A stretch of DNA of 41,475 nucleotides from Poseidonia sp. (lineage in GTDB: Archaea > Thermoplasmatota > Poseidoniia > Poseidoniales > Poseidoniaceae), in assembly GCA_965661285.1 (NCBI GenBank), contig CBFIDD010000005.1, positions 1 through 41,475 on the forward strand. The letters are read 5' to 3'. The notes beneath the pieces are model-generated. The model worked only from the letters and a program-made list of their open reading frames with translations, was not told the DNA's origin and made no database searches. The position numbers and the translations under genes were made by a program. Within the stretch, counting starts at the first letter, position 1. Each line of letters starts with the position of its first letter. Positions 32,501 to 40,188 of this stretch are shown here, piece after piece.

Positions 32501-33838
32501 CACGACGCGTATGGAACGGTGCTGCTCACCATTACGCCCGATGAACCCATACCTTTGCAGGACGACGAGACCTTCGAGATGTTGGTGATGGTTAATGCGA
32601 ACGATCCCACGCAATCCGCTGCTCTTGCCAACCTCCGCGCGACCTGGGTCGCCACCGATGCAGCGGGGAATGAGGTCAGCACCGGAACTGCAGAGGCAAG
32701 AGGAAACGAACTCCCTGTAACGGGTCAAGGCGCTTACGACGGACGACTCGCCCTTCAACTCAGTGAAGACCCTCCAGCGTTTTACATCCCCGGGATGACG
32801 GCTTCGTACGCCTTTGAAGCAGCGCCAGAGGACAACCAAACCGGTGAGAACACGACGGATGACACCAACCAAACCGTGGAGCCTGAGTTCCCAGACATCA
32901 CGCTTCCTGCAACCGTGGATTGCGGGACGGCCACCTACGAATGGGACAGCAATGCCACGGATGTTGGCATCACCTGCACGGTCACCAACCCGAACCCGTT
33001 CGACGTGATGGTTGGCTTCGCATGGAAGGTCATTCCTGGCACGCCACCCCCCGTTGAATTGGTCTGGAACGAGGCTGCTGGCCCTTCGTTGACGGTGGAA
33101 GCCAACGGGCGTGTTGACTTGACGTTCTCATTGGTTCGCAATGCTCCGACCGAGGGCATGTTCCCTGGACTTCAGGGTGAGGGTTACATCGTCCATCTCA
33201 CCTGCCTTGACTTCGGAGAAAACGCCTGCGATGCCATGACTGAGGACACGGCGAACACCGAGGGAGAACTTCAGTGGACGCTCGGTGAGATGCCTGTTCA
33301 GGTCGTGGATGACAATCCGGTCCAAGACGAGACAGAGGGCGCAATGACGCCTGTTCTGGTCGGCATTGGTATCGTGATTGCTCTCATCGCTGGTGTGGTC
33401 GGTGTGCTCTACATGCGCAGCAACATGGACGACGATTTCTTTGAGGACGATGATGACGATGATGACGAAGACTACTACCGGGAAGCCATGGACACTCCAG
33501 CGACAACGCCCGGTTCAAATGGTCTTGATTTGGGCGCTTCCAAATCGCTTGACGAGTTGAAGAGTTCGGGTAAAGACCTCCACAGCGATGCCCCAGAGGG
33601 GCTTGCCGCCTCGCCAACGCTTGGCAGCAGTGCCGACGCCTTTGAATTCGGTGCGACCGCCGAAGACGCCATTCCCGAAATCGAAGGAAGTGAAGAGGAA
33701 GAATGGGCCGATGAAGAGGCTGAAGCCGATGATGGCATCACCGTCGATGAATACGGCACCGAGTGGTGGGAAGACGAGGATGGTGTCTGGTGGTACCGCG
33801 AAGAAGGCTGGGAAGACTGGGCCGTTTGGGAAGAATAA
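29504..33838 (+). CDS. Large surface protein with FG-GAP/VCBS repeats, fibronectin type III-like domains, TM anchor and acidic Trp-rich cytoplasmic tail
   Basis: Signal peptide (GTG start after GGGGAG), GDLNND/GDFDGDGDLD/GDMDGDG repeats, FN3-like FSVYRS...WTYWVRS, TM VLVGIGIVIALIAGVVGVLYM. Confidence 0.85.
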   Translation: MSRRNIIVSFLIFFLIAPAWSVMFAHAQGGEIDTFTTGNQIETITISSGQATSIGFELERNTTITTAYFFVQPTEGGDSPGSVEIHLNNDSSPEWAFNNTGYGDFGHQTVFVSGNTSETLSYDRDYLNPQDVDSPPFYLPVNAVLSSANLDVGFVPNLTGGFFQTGYIHDVAKGDLNNDSHVDFALLSRNANASATNGSGQSNNTTTAFRTVSYSNTTGITFSPWHQTCTNATRIMVADVNWDDHDDVIGYAPSDNELCLHFTNATTGAFQTQLNITHSGAILDLDIGDLTGNGQAELVSIRNGGEVHVERFNGRTNSFWREGSAIVYEDISQTTKASLSHMLFAPSTGAGVPALLIVAQADGDANEVRWTSNGMVVEPDTIEGVADGSIIGDFDGDGDLDIVAPRGPQHRTIENRPNMGGWSGVNRNGFIDLLNASVFDVKQNATSHLLVPHPGSPDGNPATVTGNVSVHDFWPNKAVKSNASMALYPYTSPRDLHYGDMDGDGLIEQLVLVGEGNQNGVFISAYHTVGYDIDEDEVVDYAAEGYAGNGSNGLNPLMIVDTMGNLSDNLQDLTASPTLPYILDGYGNQMGRLNLSMDSKTYGEFRFSNLEVQYTSNFLVNVNPGVGGNLSNALNQQMTLGTGSFNVPIQFATSQNGTFNILNPSIRYVDGAPNIPLPTTPTLHLIEALPSRIVIGWQPVEDFGDDLLNFSVYRSPAGQDVDLENPYNTSDANDTADFAVQPGESWTYWVRSLHNYGVASGLSAPLTVSVPYPPPQSYIPNLTAADVPDDDGGVLNVSWSSGHASVMEHHIFLLPYDFNDVSDQTNVQPLTAGQNATSLETSIDSTGTPLIDGTPYYVAAIGVDVYGNASMNVTTFGPVYTRNDTGLPTTLDVSYTDFSQNELEGVVLLARTEGLDVEVLLHQAGTPIANASLTLEIRDDADSFTVDMATNETGHAALSLDALSSLGPIEAVGAMSLVVSYAGDAGDEQQQPLLSTSTTHDAYGTVLLTITPDEPIPLQDDETFEMLVMVNANDPTQSAALANLRATWVATDAAGNEVSTGTAEARGNELPVTGQGAYDGRLALQLSEDPPAFYIPGMTASYAFEAAPEDNQTGENTTDDTNQTVEPEFPDITLPATVDCGTATYEWDSNATDVGITCTVTNPNPFDVMVGFAWKVIPGTPPPVELVWNEAAGPSLTVEANGRVDLTFSLVRNAPTEGMFPGLQGEGYIVHLTCLDFGENACDAMTEDTANTEGELQWTLGEMPVQVVDDNPVQDETEGAMTPVLVGIGIVIALIAGVVGVLYMRSNMDDDFFEDDDDDDDEDYYREAMDTPATTPGSNGLDLGASKSLDELKSSGKDLHSDAPEGLAASPTLGSSADAFEFGATAEDAIPEIEGSEEEEWADEEAEADDGITVDEYGTEWWEDEDGVWWYREEGWEDWAVWEE

Positions 33839-33893
33839 TCCTTCCGTGACTCTTTTCATTGAGCCTTGAGTGGACCGATACGGAGGCAGAACG

Positions 33894-34652
33894 ATGGATG
33901 CGAAGTTGCAATCCTATTCCCTTGTTCTCCACCAGGATGCAGACCCGAGAACGGGCGGCGTCGCCGTGTGCGGTTTCACGACGGCGGGGATGGTCGGTGT
34001 CATCGCTGCGTCACACATCATCAAAACACTCGGACTCAAGCAACTTGGAACGGTCATGCACAAGGATTTCCCTGCAGTGGCTCTCATTCACGACGAGGTG
34101 CCAAAACACCCCGTTCGTGTCTATCAGGGTGATGACATCGGCGTCTTCACCTCTGAAATCCAATTCGGCAACGAGACGGACATTCCTTTCGCGACCACGG
34201 TGCTTGAGTGGTTCACCAAGGGCGGTTTTGACCGCCTCATCATCATCGATGGCCTCACGCGGCCGGAAAAGGAATTGAGCAGCGGTGATTTGTTTGGCGT
34301 TGGCTCGATTCCTGCAGCCCGTGAACGCTTGAAGAGCCTCGACATCGAGCCCATTCAGCAAGGCATCGTTTCGGGCATCACCGGTTTTTTGCTGGGCGAG
34401 GGTGACCGACTCGGTATTGACATCACGGCTCTTCTTTCCGAAGCCAGCCCCATGTATCCCGACGCCCGTGCTGCTGCTCTTGCCGTCGAGGCCGTTGGTG
34501 ATTTGACGGGATTGGACCTCCCCCTCACAGAACTGCTCGAAAATGCACGTTCGATTGAAGACAGCGTGCGGGACATCATCGAAAACGCCTCACAAATGTT
34601 GCCCGCACCCGACCAGAGCAACATCACCGACATCGACCCGTCGTTTGGATGA
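33894..34652 (+). CDS. PAC2-family proteasome assembly chaperone (second paralog)
   Basis: GFTTAGMVGVIAASHII, HPVRVY, YPDARAAA motifs. Confidence 0.88.
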   Translation: MDAKLQSYSLVLHQDADPRTGGVAVCGFTTAGMVGVIAASHIIKTLGLKQLGTVMHKDFPAVALIHDEVPKHPVRVYQGDDIGVFTSEIQFGNETDIPFATTVLEWFTKGGFDRLIIIDGLTRPEKELSSGDLFGVGSIPAARERLKSLDIEPIQQGIVSGITGFLLGEGDRLGIDITALLSEASPMYPDARAAALAVEAVGDLTGLDLPLTELLENARSIEDSVRDIIENASQMLPAPDQSNITDIDPSFG

Positions 34653-34653
34653 T

Positions 34654-36006
34654 TCACTTCGCAGCGGCGACCAGCGCACGGGTGGCGTTGATCACCTTTT
34701 CAAACGGAGCGTCGGTGACGAAAAACGGGTCAATATCTGGAACGCGTGCAGCGGCAAAGCCGAGTTCGTTGAGCGCGGTGAACAGCGCTTCCATTTTCGG
34801 GGCTTGACCCGTACCCGCCATGTTGGGCAGGTCGTCCATGTGGTAGAGGGTGTGTTCCCGACTCATCAGATCGGCTGCTTCGGCGATGTACCTCACGCTT
34901 CGACGCAGTTCCCGTTTTGCGTATTCGCAGTCATCTTCGCTCCATTCAAGGCCATTGTTGCGATGGTGTTCGAGTTCGTTTTCGCTCGGGGAGCAGACCC
35001 CAATCGCTCGTTCTTCGGTCATGCGCCCCGCGATTTCTCGATTCCAAAGCGGACCGATCCACATGGGTCCGCTGGCTGCGGGGATGTCTTCGGGGGATGG
35101 ATGATGCACGAAGGTGTAGGTCCCGTTGGTTGACCTCACCCTCCAACCTATTGAATCCAGAACTTCGGAGGCCCCGTCTCGGCTTCGTCGAACCTTGACA
35201 CTGACGCGAACATGGTGCCCATCGAACAAAGCGAGAACCGGTTCAATGCACCGGTCATGGCGAGCAGCGGTCGTCGCGATGAGGCCGAGCAAAACCCGAA
35301 CAGCGTCGTCATGGGCATAACTGTCGACGATGCCTTTCGCACCGTACCGTCGTTGTTGAGAGGAGGCACTTGACCCGGTAAGGGCTGCCGTGTCGGTGGC
35401 GGTCACTTCCAAGAACGCCGTTCGTGACAATCCCTGCACCGCAGCGTCAAGGAAATTGACGGGTGAGCCAAAAGGGTCGAGGTCCACCCACTGGTAAGCC
35501 GCTTCCATCAGGGCGATTCTTGCATCGTTTTGCATGATGAACAGGCCGTTGTGCATCTCACCTTTTGGCAAGCGCTCATAGCGGTCGTCCTCCAGAGCGT
35601 GCCCGACACTCACCGACGGAGGGTAGCGTTCATGGGCGCGTTTCAACTGCTCAAGAGCAACGTTGTCCAGGTCGTTGGCCGTGATTCGCAACCGTTGCTG
35701 GTGCGCTGCTGGAATTTCCCTTCGCCAACGTCGTACGCGAACACCGGTGGCGCAAAGGGCGTCGAGCGCCCGCACATCCTGCCCCTCCTTGACGAGCCAG
35801 TCATGTTCCAAAGCATCGGCCAAGAGCAAGACCGAACGGGTTCGAGCCGGCGCCATGGCCGGATTGAGAAACCCTGGACCCGTGCGTTTCGCTGGACCCC
35901 GAGGCATGTGTGTTGGGCGCTCTTGGTCGGCACGGAGCTCCACCAAGGTCTTGCCTTCCATCCACAAATGGCCGGGTTCGAGGTCTCCCGAACGATCTTC
36001 GGCCAT
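34654..36006 (-). CDS. trm1: tRNA (guanine-26-N2)-dimethyltransferase
   Basis: FLNPAM, LDALCATGVR, DLDPFGSP, VTATDTAALTG, GPMWIGPL motifs. Confidence 0.9.
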   Translation of the reverse strand: MAEDRSGDLEPGHLWMEGKTLVELRADQERPTHMPRGPAKRTGPGFLNPAMAPARTRSVLLLADALEHDWLVKEGQDVRALDALCATGVRVRRWRREIPAAHQQRLRITANDLDNVALEQLKRAHERYPPSVSVGHALEDDRYERLPKGEMHNGLFIMQNDARIALMEAAYQWVDLDPFGSPVNFLDAAVQGLSRTAFLEVTATDTAALTGSSASSQQRRYGAKGIVDSYAHDDAVRVLLGLIATTAARHDRCIEPVLALFDGHHVRVSVKVRRSRDGASEVLDSIGWRVRSTNGTYTFVHHPSPEDIPAASGPMWIGPLWNREIAGRMTEERAIGVCSPSENELEHHRNNGLEWSEDDCEYAKRELRRSVRYIAEAADLMSREHTLYHMDDLPNMAGTGQAPKMEALFTALNELGFAAARVPDIDPFFVTDAPFEKVINATRALVAAAK

Positions 36007-36054
36007 GCACCTGCGAGAGGTTGCCCCCTCATGACCGCACCGCAAGTTGGGCCT

Positions 36055-37167
36055 TCAATAGTGTGAGAATTCGACGCCCTTGATAGCGTGGGTTACGCGG
36101 TGGCCGTGTTCGCGCACATGACCGACGACAGCGACACCGTCCATGCGTTCATGCAGCCAGTTCAGCACCGCTTCAGCCTGCTGGGAATCGACGGCGATCA
36201 CCATGCCCATGCCCATGTTGAACGTTCGATACATCTCCCGTGTTTCCACGCCCCCTGCCGTTTGGAGCCACGTAAATTCAGGGAGCACAGGCAGAGGCGA
36301 ATGAATGTCCCAGCCCAGCGTGGGGTGAAGTCGGAGGAGGTTGGACAACCCCCCGCCCGTGATATGGCAAATACCGTGGATATCGCTGATCGAAAACGGT
36401 GCAGTTCCGCGCGCTGCGTCCAGCAGGTCAACCACAGGGTCACAATAGATGCGTGTAGGGTTCAGGAGAACTTCACCGAGGGTTGGTGCGCCTTCGGTCC
36501 AACGCATCAGCGCCCGGGATGCGTGTTCAGCGTCAAACGGAGCCACGTCCGTGTAGGACACGCCAGTGTGCTCGATGATTTTGCGCACAAGGGAATAGCC
36601 GTTGGAGTGAATCCCGGCAGCTGGAAGTCCGATGAGAACATCGCCTTCGCTCAGATGCTCTCCCGTCACCGCTTGCCCCTTTGGGAGCCATCCAAGCGCT
36701 GTTCCCGAAAGGTCGAGTTCGGTGACAATACCGGGTAAGGAGGCCGTTTCGCCACCGGCCAAGGTCACACGAGCGAGACGGCAGGCTTCAGCCAGCGAAG
36801 CACCAAGCGCGGCGTGGATGGCAGGGTCGGGTTTGGGAACGGCCACGTAATCGACGAAGGCGATGGGTTCGGCACCAACGCACAACAAATCGTTCACGTT
36901 CATCGCCATGCAGTCAATGCCAACACCGCCCCACTGCTTCAGCATCGTAGCGATTTGGAGTTTACTGCCTACGCCGTCGGTGGCCATGGCGAGCAAGTTG
37001 TCGCCAAATTCAATCAATCCACCAAAGCCTCCGGGCAAGTCCACCGGAGCGCCGGGCATACCTGGTGCTCGAACGCTTTTGGAGAGAGCTCCGATGAGGG
37101 AGGCGACCGCTGAACCCTCGAGATCGATATCAACCCCCGCACTGGCGTAGTCCATGGGTTCACTCAT
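36055..37167 (-). CDS. purM: Phosphoribosylformylglycinamidine cyclo-ligase (AIR synthetase)
   Basis: YASAGVDI, TDGVGSK, GGETA, GIHSNGYSLVR, HITGGG, TFNMGMG. Confidence 0.97.
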   Translation of the reverse strand: MSEPMDYASAGVDIDLEGSAVASLIGALSKSVRAPGMPGAPVDLPGGFGGLIEFGDNLLAMATDGVGSKLQIATMLKQWGGVGIDCMAMNVNDLLCVGAEPIAFVDYVAVPKPDPAIHAALGASLAEACRLARVTLAGGETASLPGIVTELDLSGTALGWLPKGQAVTGEHLSEGDVLIGLPAAGIHSNGYSLVRKIIEHTGVSYTDVAPFDAEHASRALMRWTEGAPTLGEVLLNPTRIYCDPVVDLLDAARGTAPFSISDIHGICHITGGGLSNLLRLHPTLGWDIHSPLPVLPEFTWLQTAGGVETREMYRTFNMGMGMVIAVDSQQAEAVLNWLHERMDGVAVVGHVREHGHRVTHAIKGVEFSHY

Positions 37168-37211
37168 GCTCCTTCCAACGGTCGGCGTTTCATGAAGGAA
37201 TCGCTTCGGAA

Positions 37212-37820
37212 TCAAGCATCCATCACGCGGCGCGTGAGCGGTATCAACGCCTCCAAACTCTGGTGAAGTCGGTGACCATCCTCAACCTCGTGAAGGGTGA
37301 TATGGGCGTTGGTTGCAGCGGCTTTTTCGCTGTTTGAAAGGGGCACAACATCATCGTTCGAGCCGTGAAGAATGGCCGTTGGGTGGGGTAGGTCTGGCCA
37401 TGCCATCGTTTGAACGGCTTCCATGAAGGACCACGGCATGACGACCGGTTCATCCCATCCCGGCGGGTGAAAGGTGTGGCTTCCTGTCGCCTCCCAAGCG
37501 GTCATGGCTTCATCCCCCAGCGTTTGTCTGACCAAATCGGGGTAGCCAAAGGCCGGTGCGAGCAACACCAATCGCAGGTCAAGGTCCGGGCGAAGTGCAG
37601 CTGCATTTGCGGTGGCCAAGCCACCAAAGGACGAGCCGATGAGCACGTCAAACGGTCCGTGCTCGTCAATCGCCTCCAACACCGCCCGGGTTTGACTCGC
37701 TTGGTCCCACCCAAACTTGCGCATGTCAACGACCACAACGTCCCATCCCTGGGCGCGCATCCACGCCGCTTTGCTGCTTTCCGTGCTCGACCAGAGGCCG
37801 TGGGCAAAGGTGACTCTCAT
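37212..37820 (-). CDS. Alpha/beta hydrolase (YqiA/UPF0227-like esterase)
   Basis: HGLWSS, GSSFGG nucleophile elbow, LHGSNDDVVP, DGH. Confidence 0.88.
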   Translation of the reverse strand: MRVTFAHGLWSSTESSKAAWMRAQGWDVVVVDMRKFGWDQASQTRAVLEAIDEHGPFDVLIGSSFGGLATANAAALRPDLDLRLVLLAPAFGYPDLVRQTLGDEAMTAWEATGSHTFHPPGWDEPVVMPWSFMEAVQTMAWPDLPHPTAILHGSNDDVVPLSNSEKAAATNAHITLHEVEDGHRLHQSLEALIPLTRRVMDA

Positions 37821-37922
37821 GAGGGAAAACACGCCGACCACGCTACAAGGACTCTTCGCCTTCCGACGTTCTCCACACGACACCTCGTGTTGGCAAAACC
37901 ACGGGCTTGCAGGGTCGTGTTT

Positions 37923-37943
37923 TTCCAGTGGAAGCGAGGGGGT
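37923..37943 (+). promoter_or_regulatory. ORB-like element (Orc1/Cdc6 origin recognition box)
   Basis: TTCCAGTGGAAGCGAGGGGGT: TTCCA-g-TGGAA dyad plus G-string, in the divergent intergenic region before mcm. Confidence 0.65.
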
Positions 37944-38010
37944 GCTGTTTTGCACGAAGAATGATTATATCCGTTCGCCAATGTTGTTCAGTGTCCCGGC
38001 GGTGAACACC

Positions 38011-40140
38011 ATGTCTGCAATTCAAGAATTTGACCTGCCCGCTCGCTGGACCTCCCTGCTCCAGGACAAGTACTCTGAGGCCATACACAACCTGGCCAAA
38101 CTCTGGCCGGACGAAGGCTCGCTTGAGGTCTCCTATCGTGAAGTTGAAGGCTACGACCACGAATTCGCTCAGGATATTCTGGCCAACCCCGACCATCATT
38201 TTCGAGCGGCAAATCAGGCGCTACGCCAATTCCTTCTGGATGCCGGAGAGGGCAATTTGATGCCGTTCGTCCGCATTGTTCACCTTCCAAGCGATCAGGT
38301 CCGAACCGTCTCCCAGCTTCGTGCCGATGACATCGGACGACTCATCGCCATCGATGCGGTGACCACCAAAATCACCGGTGTGCGCCCTCGCCTTTACACC
38401 GCCGTGTTCAAATGCGCAGCCTGCGACCATGAAATGGAAATCAATCAGCCCAACGAACAAGAGCTCATCGAACCGATTGAATGCTCTCAAATCGACGGCG
38501 GTTGCGGCCGACCAAAACGCCAAACCCGATTTTTCTTGATGCAGCAAGAATCCCACCTCATCAATTCGCAGTTCATTGAGCTTCAGGAACTCCCTGAGCA
38601 GATGAAAGGTGGCATCCAACCCGAACGTATTCTTTGCATCGGTGAACAAGACCTCGCGGGGCGCCTCAATCCAGGTGACCGGGTGAAGGCCAACGGTGTG
38701 CTGTTCATCCGCTCTCAGCGCAAGGGTGGAAAAGACACGCCCGTCTTTGACATCTTTTTGCGCATTCACTCGCTTGAGCGTCAAAACATCCCCCTTGAGG
38801 AGATCGTCATTACCGAGGAGGAAGAAAACGAAATCAAAGAAATCGCTCGTTCGGAGGATGTTTATCATTTGCTGACGCGAAGCATCGCTCCCTCCATCTT
38901 TGGCATGGAGAAAATCAAGGAATCTCTCATGCTCCAACTCTTTGGTGGAGAAGCACAGGTCAACGAGGACGGGACGCGCAATCGCGGCGATATTCACATC
39001 CTCTTGATGGGCGACCCGGGTGTGGCAAAGTCGCAACTTCTCCACTACATGTCGACCATCTCCCCTCGCGGGCGGTTCGCATCGGGTCAGTCGGCTTCAG
39101 CAGCCGGTTTGACCGCCGCTGCTGTTCAAGACGCAGCCGCAGACGGCCGCTGGACCTTGGAGGCCGGCGCCCTTGTTCTTGCCGACTTGGGGCTCGCCGC
39201 CATTGACGAATTCGATAAGATGAACACGGCCGACCGTTCCAGCATGCACGAAGCGATGGAACAGCAGAGCATTTCCATCTCGAAGGCCGGTATCAACGCC
39301 AGCCTCCGAACGCGATGCGCAGTGTTGGCGGCTGCCAACCCAACAAGCGGGCGTTTTCAACCCGTCAGCGACGTTCCGTTCACCTCTCAAATCAACCTCG
39401 CCCCGCCTCTGATCTCTCGGTTTGACATCATCTGGTTGTTGACCGATACCCCTGATGAGGCCCACGATGAAAAAATCGCGACGCACATCATCGCAAACAG
39501 AGTGAAAGGGAGCAGCGAATTGTTGGTGAAGGAGGGGACGATTCCCGACCCAGCCAAAGCCACATCAACGCGGAAAGAGGCAAAGAAGGTGGACGGAAAA
39601 TACACCGTCTTGCCGAGGGATATTTTGCGCAAATACGTCGCCTATTCCAAGCGAAGTTTCCACCCAAAACTCAACGATGAAGCCAAGGCAAAAATTGTGG
39701 CGTATTACGTTCAAACCCGAAAGAGTGGAGGCGAGTCCGAAGACAGCGTGGCCATCACGGCACGGTCCCTCGAAGCCCTCTCTCGACTGGCAGAAGCCAG
39801 CGCCCGTATCCGCCTGCAGGACATCGCAACGGTGGAGGACGCTGAACGCGCCATTCGCTTGACCAAGACATGGCGACATGAACTCATGGGCGAAAATTTT
39901 GATGAAACAACGCTCCAATCCGGCAAAAAAGGAAAGGTTCGCAACCAAGAAAAGGCCATCATCGATATTGTCTCTGTGCTTCAAAACGACTCGGGAACCG
40001 CAGCAAATTTGCTCGATGTCCTGACCGAAGCAGAGCGACGAGACATCCCTCGAAGCAAAGCCGAGGACATCATCGACAAGCTGTGTCGTGATGGACGAAT
40101 GATGCGACCATCGGGCTACGATACGCTTCAAGTTGTTTGA
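38011..40140 (+). CDS. mcm: Replicative DNA helicase MCM (no intein seen)
   Basis: Zn finger CAAC...C..GGC, Walker A GDPGVAKS, Walker B IDEFDKM, arginine finger SRFD, C-terminal winged helix. Confidence 0.97.
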   Translation: MSAIQEFDLPARWTSLLQDKYSEAIHNLAKLWPDEGSLEVSYREVEGYDHEFAQDILANPDHHFRAANQALRQFLLDAGEGNLMPFVRIVHLPSDQVRTVSQLRADDIGRLIAIDAVTTKITGVRPRLYTAVFKCAACDHEMEINQPNEQELIEPIECSQIDGGCGRPKRQTRFFLMQQESHLINSQFIELQELPEQMKGGIQPERILCIGEQDLAGRLNPGDRVKANGVLFIRSQRKGGKDTPVFDIFLRIHSLERQNIPLEEIVITEEEENEIKEIARSEDVYHLLTRSIAPSIFGMEKIKESLMLQLFGGEAQVNEDGTRNRGDIHILLMGDPGVAKSQLLHYMSTISPRGRFASGQSASAAGLTAAAVQDAAADGRWTLEAGALVLADLGLAAIDEFDKMNTADRSSMHEAMEQQSISISKAGINASLRTRCAVLAAANPTSGRFQPVSDVPFTSQINLAPPLISRFDIIWLLTDTPDEAHDEKIATHIIANRVKGSSELLVKEGTIPDPAKATSTRKEAKKVDGKYTVLPRDILRKYVAYSKRSFHPKLNDEAKAKIVAYYVQTRKSGGESEDSVAITARSLEALSRLAEASARIRLQDIATVEDAERAIRLTKTWRHELMGENFDETTLQSGKKGKVRNQEKAIIDIVSVLQNDSGTAANLLDVLTEAERRDIPRSKAEDIIDKLCRDGRMMRPSGYDTLQVV

Positions 40141-40188
40141 GTCCGCATCAAGCGTCGCGCTCATGAAGGGTGAGCGCCTCGCACGTCC

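Noticed and set aside
37717-38010. MCM N-terminal extension or intein
   Set aside because: The extension overlaps the divergent hydrolase gene and promoter region; MCM from 38011 has normal length and contiguous motifs
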